A stretch of 64,000 nt of DNA from Pseudomonadota bacterium (GTDB taxonomy: Bacteria; Pseudomonadota; Gammaproteobacteria; Burkholderiales; Burkholderiaceae_C). The stretch lies in assembly GCA_029561195.1 (NCBI GenBank), contig JAKQJK010000240.1, forward strand, positions 2,240-66,239. The letters run 5' to 3'. This document shows, piece by piece, positions 46,177 to 54,358 of this stretch; the stretch's first letter is position 1, and each line of letters opens with the position of its first letter. The notes beneath the pieces were generated by a model that was not told the DNA's origin, made no database searches, and saw nothing but the letters and a program-made list of their open reading frames with translations. Position numbers and translations under genes: made by a program.

Positions 46177-47523
46177 ATGAACATCGCCGACGCCCTCAAC
46201 CACGGCTGCATGTGCCGCACGCTGGACAGCGACCGCCTGCGCGCGCAACTGGAAAAAGACCCCAGCCTCACCGGCCTGGCCAACAGCATGGCCCTCGCAC
46301 AACCGCACCTGTTTTCCAGAAGTGTGGTGTTTCTCTCCACCGCCACGTATCAGGCCATTGCGGACACCGTATCCGCGATAGAGCGCGTGATGGCCCTACC
46401 CGCTTATCAGGCATGGGCGCTGGCGAACGCACCCGCCATTGCCCGACCCGCCTTCGGTCCGCTGGGTGCTTTCATGGGCTACGACTTTCATGTGGACCCC
46501 GGCAACACGGATTTCAAAAGTCCGCAACTCATTGAAATCAACACCAATGCCGGTGGCGCCCTGCTCAACGCCGCACTGGCCCGGGCGCACCAGGCTTGCT
46601 GCGAGCCCATGTTGCTGGCGCTGGACACCTATACCCGGCTTGATTCGCTGGAGCAGCGTTTCTTTGACATGTTCATGAGCGAATGGCGTCTGCAACGGGG
46701 CGATGACCAGACGCTGAGCACTATCGTCATCGTGGACGACGCTCCGCAGGCTCAGTATCTGGCGCCCGAATTTGCACTTTTCCGGCAGATGTTCGAACAA
46801 CGTGGTCTGACAGCTCTCATTGCCGACCCGCAGGCCCTGCAATGGCGTGACGGCAGCTTGTGGCTCGCCCAGACCCGTGTGGACATGGTCTACAACCGCC
46901 TCACCGACTTCGACCTGTCAGAGCCCGCGCATCAGGCCCTGCACGAAGCCTATATGGCGGGTGCAGCGGTCGTCACGCCGCACCCCTATGCCCACGCCCT
47001 GCGCGCCAACAAGCGTAACCTGATTGCGCTTTCCAGCGATGACTTGCTGAATTTATGGGGCGTGTCACCCGCTGACCGGAAACGCTTGGGCGATGCAATC
47101 CCACACACGCAGGCAGTCACCCGCGATCACGCCGACGCCTTGTGGGCACAGCGGCGCCAACTGTTCTTCAAGCCGGTGGCCGGCTATGCAGGCAAAGCGG
47201 CCTACAAGGGTGAAAAATTAACCCGCCGCGTGTGGGATGACATTGTTGCGGGTGACTTCATTGCCCAGACCCTTGTGCCCCCCGGACAACGACTGGTGAA
47301 CGTGGATGGCGTAGCCACGCAGCTAAAGTTCGACGTGCGGGCCTACACCTACGCCGGGCAGATTCAGCTGCTGGTAGCCCGAACCTACAGCGGCCAGACC
47401 ACTAATTTCCGAACACCGGGCGGCGGGTTTTCGCCCGTGCTGGTAGTGCCGCAAATTGACCTCTCCGCCGAAGAGGCCTCAGCCCGATGGCCCACACCCG
47501 AAAACCCCTGCACCAACTGTTAA
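46177..47523 (+). CDS. uncharacterised circularly permuted ATP-grasp-like protein with three cysteine pairs
   Basis: 448 aa. The Mg/ATP-grasp C-motif-like LIEINTNAGG (res 118-127) precedes the lysine-loop-like FFKPVAGYAGKAAY (res 330-343), which is the reverse of the classical order. YDFHVD...LIEIN resembles the GspS-like RxDF...LLEYN motif. Its only cysteines are C11xC13, C141C142 and C445xxC448. Confidence 0.5.
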   Translation: MNIADALNHGCMCRTLDSDRLRAQLEKDPSLTGLANSMALAQPHLFSRSVVFLSTATYQAIADTVSAIERVMALPAYQAWALANAPAIARPAFGPLGAFMGYDFHVDPGNTDFKSPQLIEINTNAGGALLNAALARAHQACCEPMLLALDTYTRLDSLEQRFFDMFMSEWRLQRGDDQTLSTIVIVDDAPQAQYLAPEFALFRQMFEQRGLTALIADPQALQWRDGSLWLAQTRVDMVYNRLTDFDLSEPAHQALHEAYMAGAAVVTPHPYAHALRANKRNLIALSSDDLLNLWGVSPADRKRLGDAIPHTQAVTRDHADALWAQRRQLFFKPVAGYAGKAAYKGEKLTRRVWDDIVAGDFIAQTLVPPGQRLVNVDGVATQLKFDVRAYTYAGQIQLLVARTYSGQTTNFRTPGGGFSPVLVVPQIDLSAEEASARWPTPENPCTNC

Positions 47524-47547
47524 CCACTTCTTTGGAAGCAACTTTCT

Positions 47548-48048
47548 ATGACAAACCAATCCATCAATGTGCTCTTCCTGTGCACGCACAACTCAGCCCG
47601 CAGCATCCTGGCCGAGGCTGTGCTGAACCACATTGGCCATGGCCGCTTCAAGGCTTATTCAGCGGGCAGCAGCCCGCGCGAGAATCAGCAACCCAACCCG
47701 CTGGGCATCAAGACCTTGCAGACAGCAGGCATTTCCACCGAAGGGTTAAAAAGCAAAAGTTGGGACGAATTTGCCAAGCCCGATGCACCGCACATGGACC
47801 TAGTCATCACCGTGTGCGATAACGCCGCTGGCGAGGTTTGCCCCTATTGGCCTGGCCAGCCGGCCACCGCGCACTGGGGTTATGCCGACCCATCTGCCAT
47901 CGACGGCACCGACGAGCAGCGCCTGGAGGCTTTCCGCCAGACCCTGCACGCCATCCGCCGCCGTCTGGAATTGCTGGTGAACCTGCCTGCGCAAAGCGTG
48001 GACAAGCTCATGCTGCAAACCCGCGCGCGTGATCTCGCCAAATCATGA
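47548..48048 (+). CDS. arsC: arsenate reductase, thioredoxin-coupled LMW-PTP type
   Basis: 166 aa; P-loop LCTHNSARS (CX5R) and the VCDNAAGEVCP cysteine pair. Confidence 0.9.
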   Translation: MTNQSINVLFLCTHNSARSILAEAVLNHIGHGRFKAYSAGSSPRENQQPNPLGIKTLQTAGISTEGLKSKSWDEFAKPDAPHMDLVITVCDNAAGEVCPYWPGQPATAHWGYADPSAIDGTDEQRLEAFRQTLHAIRRRLELLVNLPAQSVDKLMLQTRARDLAKS

Positions 48049-48764
48049 GTGCAAACGCTCCACAATCCCATGTTCCGTCCCTGCCACAGCAACTGCTAGC
48101 CGAATTTGCAGGCACCGCCACGCTGCTCTGCGCCGTCATTGGCTCCGGCATCATGGCCGAACGCCTGAGCGGCGGCAACAACGGCGTGGCGCTGGTGGCC
48201 AACACATTGGCCACGGTGTTTGCGCTGTATGTGCTGATCGAAACGCTAGGGCCCATCAGCGGTGCGCACTTCAACCCGCTGGTCACTCTGGTTATGTGGT
48301 CAAAAGGTAATCCAGCCTTCGTCAAATCTGCGCGAGTAGCTATATTATTTATAGCATTTCAATTGCTGGGCGCGGTGACAGGCGCGTGGACCGCCCACCT
48401 GATGTTTGACCTGCCCATCCTCCAGTTCAGCGTCCACTGGCGTGGCGGCTTCGATGCAGCTGGCACGTTCACTGGTTGGGGCCAATGGGTCGCCGAAGCA
48501 GTGGCCACAGGTGGACTGATTTTCGTCATCCTGAAGTCACCACCGGGAAAAGTCAGCGCGCTGGTAGCCTGCTACATCGGTGCGGCCTACTGGTTCACGG
48601 CCAGCACGTCGTTTGCCAACCCGGCGGCGGTGATGGGCCGCATGATGAGCGACAGCTTTGCGGGCATTGCACCAGCCAGCGCGCTGGGGTTTGTGCTGGC
48701 GCAATGTGTGGGCGCTGTTGTCGGCACCACCGTAGCGGGCTGGTTGCAGCCAACGGAAAAATAA
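48045..48764 (+). CDS. MIP-family channel (AqpS/GlpF-like aquaglyceroporin, putative As(III) channel)
   Basis: 239 aa; first NPA box is HFNPLVT, second box is FANPAAV; 6 TM pattern. ATGA overlap with the preceding arsC. Confidence 0.85.
   Translation: MSANAPQSHVPSLPQQLLAEFAGTATLLCAVIGSGIMAERLSGGNNGVALVANTLATVFALYVLIETLGPISGAHFNPLVTLVMWSKGNPAFVKSARVAILFIAFQLLGAVTGAWTAHLMFDLPILQFSVHWRGGFDAAGTFTGWGQWVAEAVATGGLIFVILKSPPGKVSALVACYIGAAYWFTASTSFANPAAVMGRMMSDSFAGIAPASALGFVLAQCVGAVVGTTVAGWLQPTEK
48312..48356 (+). repeat. 45-bp dispersed repeat, copy D, embedded in-frame in the MIP channel gene
   Basis: ccagccttcgtcaaatctgcgcgagtagctatattatttatagca. 33/45 identical to reverse-complemented copy E and 34/45 to copy A. 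Translated as PAFVKSARVAILFIA. Confidence 0.7.
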
Positions 48765-48784
48765 CCTGTTTCAAAATCATTCTC

Positions 48785-49216
48785 ATGACCGATATCACGA
48801 TCTATCACAACCCTGACTGCGGCACCTCCCGCAATGTGCTCGCACTCATTCGCAACAGCGGTGTCGAGCCCACCATCATCGAGTACCTCAAAACACCACC
48901 CGACCGTGCCAGGATGGTAGCGCTGATTGCACAAATGAACATCCCGGTACGCGATGTGTTGCGGCAAAAGGGCACGCCCTACGACGAATTGCAACTGGGC
49001 AACCCGAGCCTGAATGACAACGACTTGATTGACGCGATGCTTGCCCATCCCATCCTGATGAACCGCCCCATCGTGGTCACGGAACTGGGTGCCCGCCTGT
49101 GCCGCCCGTCTGAGGCCGTGCTGGACATCCTGCCCTCTCCCCAGCAAGGCGCTTTCAGCAAGGAGGACGGCGAGCAGGTCGTTAACGCGCAAGGAGCACG
49201 TGTTGCGAGCCATTGA
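48785..49216 (+). CDS. arsC: arsenate reductase, glutaredoxin-coupled (ArsC/Spx fold)
   Basis: [22 protein letters not shown] (catalytic Cys motif as in R773 ArsC). ATG at 48785; the longer ORF-track frame from 48476 overlaps the channel gene. Confidence 0.9.
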   Translation: MTDITIYHNPDCGTSRNVLALIRNSGVEPTIIEYLKTPPDRARMVALIAQMNIPVRDVLRQKGTPYDELQLGNPSLNDNDLIDAMLAHPILMNRPIVVTELGARLCRPSEAVLDILPSPQQGAFSKEDGEQVVNAQGARVASH

Positions 49217-49928
49217 CGTGATCCAACTCCCCAACGTCAGTGAGGCGCTCTTCTCGGCACCCTCTCAAGCCCAGTTAAGGCCGGTAACTCCTGCAGCCCA
49301 CCCTCCCCGCATCCTGCTGCTATACGGTTCATTGCGCGAGCGCTCGTTCAGCCGCCTGCTGAGCGAGGAAGCCGCCTGCCTGCTACACGCTATGGGTGCG
49401 GATACGCGCACCTTCAATCCCCACGGCTTGCCGTTGGCCGACGACGCACCCGACTCGCACCCGAAGGTGCAAGAGTTGCGCGAGCTGGCCGCGTGGAGCG
49501 AAGGCATGGTCTGGACTTCACCCGAGCGGCACGGAGCCATGACCGGCATCATGAAAACGCAGATCGACTGGATTCCGCTCTCGCAAGGCGCGGTGCGCCC
49601 CACGCAGGGCAAAACGCTGGCGGTGATGCAGGTCAGCGGTGGCTCGCAGTCGTTCAATGCGGTGAATCAGTTGCGCGTGCTGGGCCGCTGGATGCGCATG
49701 CTCACCATCCCCAACCAGTCTTCGGTTGCCAAGGCCTTCATGGAGTTTGATGACGCGGGGCGAATGAAGCCTTCCGCCTATTACGACCGTGTTGTGGACG
49801 TGATGGAAGAGCTGGTGAAGTTCACGCTGCTCACGCGCGACGTGTCACCCTACCTGGTGAACCGCTACAGCGAGCGCAAAGAGAGTGCGGAAGAGTTGAT
49901 GAAACGGGTGAATCAGAAATCGATTTAA
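49200..49928 (+). CDS. arsH: arsenical resistance protein ArsH (NADPH-dependent FMN reductase)
   Basis: [19 protein letters not shown] and [20 protein letters not shown]. Probable GTG (49200) or TTG (49203) start after AAGGAG (49191-49196). The ORF-track start at 49089 overlaps arsC. Confidence 0.88.
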   Translation: MLRAIDVIQLPNVSEALFSAPSQAQLRPVTPAAHPPRILLLYGSLRERSFSRLLSEEAACLLHAMGADTRTFNPHGLPLADDAPDSHPKVQELRELAAWSEGMVWTSPERHGAMTGIMKTQIDWIPLSQGAVRPTQGKTLAVMQVSGGSQSFNAVNQLRVLGRWMRMLTIPNQSSVAKAFMEFDDAGRMKPSAYYDRVVDVMEELVKFTLLTRDVSPYLVNRYSERKESAEELMKRVNQKSI

Positions 49929-49937
49929 CACCGATAT

Positions 49938-49982
49938 CGCTATATATTTAATAGCTACTCACACAATATTGACGAGGGCTAG
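49938..49982 (-). repeat. 45-bp AT-rich dispersed repeat, copy E (intergenic, reverse orientation)
   Basis: The reverse complement ctagccctcgtcaatattgtgtgagtagctattaaatatatagcg is used here as the reference copy. Confidence 0.8.
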
Positions 49983-50114
49983 AGGCTTATATTTCCTGAA
50001 TAATTGCCCTTTTCCGCTCGAAATTCACTGTCTGTGCTCCTGCATTTAGGGGAGGCGAACAGGTGGCAAACGCGCTACCGTAGCTCTGGCTCTTGAGACC
50101 ATGGAGGTACCGCC

Positions 50115-53100
50115 ATGAGCACCGAACCCGTCTGTGCCGACGACTTGACCGACAACTTTGCTGCACTTCGTGCCGTTGAACACGAGGCGATTCAGGCACG
50201 TCGCAAAGCGGTCCTCGGCACTGATGCCAGCGACAATCCGACAGAGCTCAACCTGCCTCAGGTTGGACTTGCTTTGTCGGGTGGCGGTGTTCGCAGCGCC
50301 ACATTTGCGCTGGGGTTGATGCGCGGTATGGCCCAAAACCGCGAGGGGTCCAGCGCCGATCCCGCGAAACGAACGCTGGCCAGTGACGGGCTGTTGGGTC
50401 GTCTGGACTACCTGTCCACCGTATCCGGTGGCGGCTACACCGGCGGCATGTACGGGCGTCTGGTGGCAACCTATGGCCTGCATTGCGCGCAACGCTTGAT
50501 GGCGCGGGGTGATTCGCCCGTGCTGGAATGGCTACGCCGCAATGGCCGCTACTTGACGCCCGCCGGTTCGCGCGACGTCGGCATCGCGGTAGTGACCTAT
50601 TTGCGTGCCTGGCTGGCCATCCACGCCGAATTCATGTTTGCCTGCATCTTGCTGGGTCTGGTGGTGGTGGCACCCCATCTGTGGCAACACAGCTTTCAGA
50701 TGCTGGACCCACGGGGGTGGGAGCTCTGGCGCACGCCTTGGTGGGCCCTGTCGCTGGCGCTGTGGGCAACCCTGGCGCCCGGTTTGATTGCAGGGTATTG
50801 GGCAGCCCGCGATGCACCCAACCCGGCAGCCACGCGCCTGATGCCGGGCTGGCGTGATGCCCTGTTCGTTCTGGCAGCAGCCGGGGGCGCGTACCTGTTG
50901 TTGCGAGCTCTGCAGACCAGTGGCGCCATCAATCCGGTTCGCCACAGCCTGAACTGGCCGGGTGCCGGTGTGTTGACGGTGATCTCGCTAGTAGCGGGCC
51001 AGTTGTGCGTGATGGTGTGGATGGCCGTCAAAGCGGGGCCGCACGGTCTGAAAGTGGCACTGTTGCGCAACTGGCTCACGCGGGCGTTGCGTTGGGTGAT
51101 GCTGGGCACGTTGGCCCTGGCCGGACTGGGCGCGCTGGACCGGCTGAGCTGGTGGGTACTGGAGGAATTTCAGACCGGTAACCAATGGCTGTGGGGTGGT
51201 GTCGGTGTCGGTGGCGTTGCAGTGTTGACCCTTCGCACACTGATGCAGCCACTGCAGCAAATGGCGGCCAAATCCGAGAGCAGTGCGCGAGACTGGTTGC
51301 CCCGGCTGCTCAATTTCGGCAGCCTGCTCGGCGTTTTGGCGCTGGTTACGGCCTGGCTGGTGGTTTTGCAATGGTTTGTGTTCGCGCCGGAGACATTCCG
51401 AACTCTGCGAAGCGTACCCGCCTGGATGCGGGCCAGCATGCTGACGAGCGTGTGGCTCACATGGGTGGTGCTCACTGCGGGCAATTCGCAAATGGCCAAC
51501 ACATCTTCCCTGCATAGTTTTTATCGCGCACGGCTGACCCGTGCCTACCTGGCTGTGGGCAACCGCCAGCGAACCATGGACAACGACGCGGGCACCCGGG
51601 CCGATGTAACCCGCGTGGTGGAAGGCGACGACACACGCCTAGCCAGCTACCGGCCCGAGCTGAATGGCGGACCGATCCACCTTGTCAACACCTGCCTGAA
51701 CCAGACGCGGGACGATAAAAGCGGCCTCTACAACGCTGACCGCAAAGGTACAGCCGTCACGGCAACCTGGCGTGGTTTCGAAATTGGCCAACGCGAGTTT
51801 GTCGCGCTCAAGCCCGAGCACGATGCCGGCACGCTCGGGCGATGGGTTGCGGTGTCGGGTGCCGCAGCGTCGCCGGGCGCAGGTGCGTACACATCGCGAG
51901 GTCTGGCGTTACTGGTGTACTTTCTTGGGGTGCGACTCGGCCACTGGATGCGCGCTCCCCGTGAGCGGGTGGCTTTGCAATGGCTGAGCCATCTGGCTTG
52001 GCGGGCCATTCCCAAGCCCATGATGCTGGCCAGCGAAGCATCAGCCACCTTTTTTGGTGTAGAACGGCCGTGGTGGTACATGTCTGACGGGGGGCACTTT
52101 GAAAACAGCGGCGTGTATCCGCTGCTCAAACGCGAGCTTGGCTTCATCATCCTGTCAGACGCCGGTTGCGATGCCCGTTATGAGTTTGGCGACATGGAAA
52201 ACCTGGTGCGCAAGGCCCGTATCGATTTCGGTGCCGAGATCGATTTCTACAGCCGTGACGAAGCTGCCAGCCTGTTCACGCTGGGCAGCAAGGAATTGAC
52301 AGTGTTGTCACCTGAAGACATGACCAACAACCATTCGTCCCGCGGCGTGTTGCTGGCCCGCATCCGCTACCGTGAGCGCCCCGGGCCGCGCAGGGCAGAT
52401 GGCAGTGAAGGCCCGCCCGTGCGCCCGGAAGGCACACTGCTGGTGATCAAACCCAACCTGCACGACGCGCTCGATGTGGACTTGCTGGCTTACGCGCAAA
52501 AACACGAGAGTTTTCCGCACGAATCCACAGGTGACCAGTCTTTCGACGAGGCACAGTGGGAAAGCTACCACCGGCTTGGCGAAGATTTTGGCCGCTCACT
52601 GCACGCCAGCTGGATGGCCCAACTGCCGGGTTGGCGCACCCCTGCCCGCCACGGCATCCGGGTTGCGGCACGGTTGGGTGCGAACAAGGGCGCCGCGGAC
52701 GCACCCCGGGTCGAACCCCTGTGGCGGCGCAACGCGCGTGCTACCGCCATTGGTACTACGCTGGGTGTTGGTGCTTCGGGAACCTTGCTGTTGTCACTGT
52801 GGCAGGTTCAAGACCAGCTTCAACGCAACCGCACCGATGAACAATACGAAGCACGGCAGCTGTTCACCGAAGTATCTAAGGGCCTTCAGTCCTTCAAGGG
52901 CTCCTGCCCGGACATACCGGAGCATGTCGTCACACAGGCCTCCCTGCTGCTGGATTTGCGTGGCAGCCCCACCATGCGGCCGCTGGAGCAGGCCGGACTG
53001 GAGCGCCTAGCAGGACGCATTGCCGATGAATGCACCCGTGAGGTCGAAGCCAGTCACGAATGCGTTGCCGCCCATCAACGCATACAAGGCAGCCTGTGTG

Positions 53101-53822
53101 CCTTGGTGCTGAAACCACCAACCCAAAATACTGCGCTGAACTACTGGCACCCGGGCGCTTCGCCTGACGAGCAGGCGCGCGACGGCCGCACTGTGCTGCG
53201 AACGGTTCAGTCTGCCGTGGGTCGGTTCCCTGTGTTCGGAACGCTGTTCATGGAAGGTTCGCAGACTATCGGATTAGCCGACCAACAACCTGTGGATAGC
53301 AGCAATACACAGTCGCAGCGGGCCGCTGCGCCACCTCTGACGCCGATGCCCCCAGAGATAGCAGCGGCAGCGTTTTTGCCATCACTGAATGCCTGCTGGC
53401 GCGGGAACGGCCGCACCACGCTATATATCCATATATACGATGAACCGTCCCAAGTGCTGGCAAAAGCGCTTCGTCAGGCCTTATCAGCAGGAGCCGACTC
53501 ATCCGTGCTGGTGGCACCTATCGAGAACGTGATTCGCAGCGCTGATCTTCGCCAGCAGCGCCGACCGGTACCGTGGCCCAAACCCACCCTGGTGTTGCAC
53601 GACCCCTTGAGCCGCGACTGCGCACGGTCGATATCGCGATTCATTGGCGGGCCGTGGGTGCTCCCGGGAGACGCGGACACCGTGTGGCTGCGGGATCTGC
53701 CCCGCACGCTCCTGGCTCGCCCCGGTGTGATTGAGTTGTGGTTACCACCCATTGAAATAACCACATCGGAAAACAACGCGGACCATACTGAAATCGTGGG
53801 CGCGTTGACCCGGGAGCGGTGA
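50115..53822 (+). CDS. giant patatin-like phospholipase with ~8-TM insertion and uncharacterised C-terminal region
   Basis: 1235 aa; oxyanion-hole motif GGGVRS (res 56-61), nucleophile-elbow-like TVSGGG (Ser104), and catalytic DGG in MSDGGHFENSGVYP (Asp658). About 8 hydrophobic helices lie between Ser104 and Asp658. FPHESTGDQSFDEAQWESYHRLGE is followed by one more TM helix and about 400 residues with no recognisable motif. Confidence 0.75.
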   Translation: MSTEPVCADDLTDNFAALRAVEHEAIQARRKAVLGTDASDNPTELNLPQVGLALSGGGVRSATFALGLMRGMAQNREGSSADPAKRTLASDGLLGRLDYLSTVSGGGYTGGMYGRLVATYGLHCAQRLMARGDSPVLEWLRRNGRYLTPAGSRDVGIAVVTYLRAWLAIHAEFMFACILLGLVVVAPHLWQHSFQMLDPRGWELWRTPWWALSLALWATLAPGLIAGYWAARDAPNPAATRLMPGWRDALFVLAAAGGAYLLLRALQTSGAINPVRHSLNWPGAGVLTVISLVAGQLCVMVWMAVKAGPHGLKVALLRNWLTRALRWVMLGTLALAGLGALDRLSWWVLEEFQTGNQWLWGGVGVGGVAVLTLRTLMQPLQQMAAKSESSARDWLPRLLNFGSLLGVLALVTAWLVVLQWFVFAPETFRTLRSVPAWMRASMLTSVWLTWVVLTAGNSQMANTSSLHSFYRARLTRAYLAVGNRQRTMDNDAGTRADVTRVVEGDDTRLASYRPELNGGPIHLVNTCLNQTRDDKSGLYNADRKGTAVTATWRGFEIGQREFVALKPEHDAGTLGRWVAVSGAAASPGAGAYTSRGLALLVYFLGVRLGHWMRAPRERVALQWLSHLAWRAIPKPMMLASEASATFFGVERPWWYMSDGGHFENSGVYPLLKRELGFIILSDAGCDARYEFGDMENLVRKARIDFGAEIDFYSRDEAASLFTLGSKELTVLSPEDMTNNHSSRGVLLARIRYRERPGPRRADGSEGPPVRPEGTLLVIKPNLHDALDVDLLAYAQKHESFPHESTGDQSFDEAQWESYHRLGEDFGRSLHASWMAQLPGWRTPARHGIRVAARLGANKGAADAPRVEPLWRRNARATAIGTTLGVGASGTLLLSLWQVQDQLQRNRTDEQYEARQLFTEVSKGLQSFKGSCPDIPEHVVTQASLLLDLRGSPTMRPLEQAGLERLAGRIADECTREVEASHECVAAHQRIQGSLCALVLKPPTQNTALNYWHPGASPDEQARDGRTVLRTVQSAVGRFPVFGTLFMEGSQTIGLADQQPVDSSNTQSQRAAAPPLTPMPPEIAAAAFLPSLNACWRGNGRTTLYIHIYDEPSQVLAKALRQALSAGADSSVLVAPIENVIRSADLRQQRRPVPWPKPTLVLHDPLSRDCARSISRFIGGPWVLPGDADTVWLRDLPRTLLARPGVIELWLPPIEITTSENNADHTEIVGALTRER

Positions 53823-53834
53823 GCCTGCAGCGCC

Positions 53835-54284
53835 TCACGCAATAGCCCAGAACCAGACCTCCTGGCTGCGCTCAAAGTAGTTGTCGTCGCCATCTGCAAA
53901 CTGGCTGCCATTCCACAGATCCAGGTGGTCGCCTTGCATGCCTTTACCCCAGAAGTTGCGGCACATGACGATGCCCTGCCTGCCGAGAAAAGCGGCAACC
54001 GACGTGTGGCGGGTCCGCTCCACCTTACCGAACTGCCCGGGCCTGGTTTTCAGCCAGGCAGCCAGCTCTTCGGCGCGTAACGTGTGCTTTTCTGCATGCC
54101 CAAACCAGCAGCATTTGGTCTTGGGGTACGAAGAAAGATCAACACCAGCCCGTTGCAGGGTGACACCCATCTTGATGGCGCACTGGTTTTCGAAGTTGGG
54201 CACCCCGGCATCGTTACAACACGGAGATTCCACAAAGTTGTTGGCGGGATGAGCCGCCCAAAGCTGTGCAAAAGTAACTGGCAT
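53835..54284 (-). CDS. Tae4-like (type VI amidase effector 4 family) papain-fold peptidoglycan amidase
   Basis: 150 aa from the ATG at 54284, with GGAG 7-10 nt upstream. NFENQCAIKMGVTLQRAGV compares with Enterobacter Tae4 YFQNACPIRMSYVLNATGF. GDHLDLWNGSQFADGD compares with GHVTLWNGSICSD (Cys/His/Asp triad positions). The comparison is from memory of the Tae4 sequence. Confidence 0.65.
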   Translation of the reverse strand: MPVTFAQLWAAHPANNFVESPCCNDAGVPNFENQCAIKMGVTLQRAGVDLSSYPKTKCCWFGHAEKHTLRAEELAAWLKTRPGQFGKVERTRHTSVAAFLGRQGIVMCRNFWGKGMQGDHLDLWNGSQFADGDDNYFERSQEVWFWAIA

Positions 54285-54358
54285 GGCAACTCCAGGAGAA
54301 AATGGAAAACGGTGCCTGCATGACACGCACGCAGGCACCGAAGAGTGGAGAAAATGAA

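Noticed and set aside
48476-49928. Long frames 48476..49216 and 49089..49928, which suggest large proteins overlapping the channel gene and arsC.
   Set aside because: The recognisable ArsC ([17 protein letters not shown]) and ArsH cores begin at 48785 and about 49200. The upstream parts are translations of the neighbouring genes in another frame.
50115-53822. Whether the patatin-like gene is the CapV effector of a CBASS anti-phage system.
   Set aside because: No CD-NTase/cyclase, E1/E2/JAB or other CBASS gene is adjacent. The protein is about 3-4 times CapV size and is membrane-embedded. It is therefore treated as a stand-alone unusual patatin.
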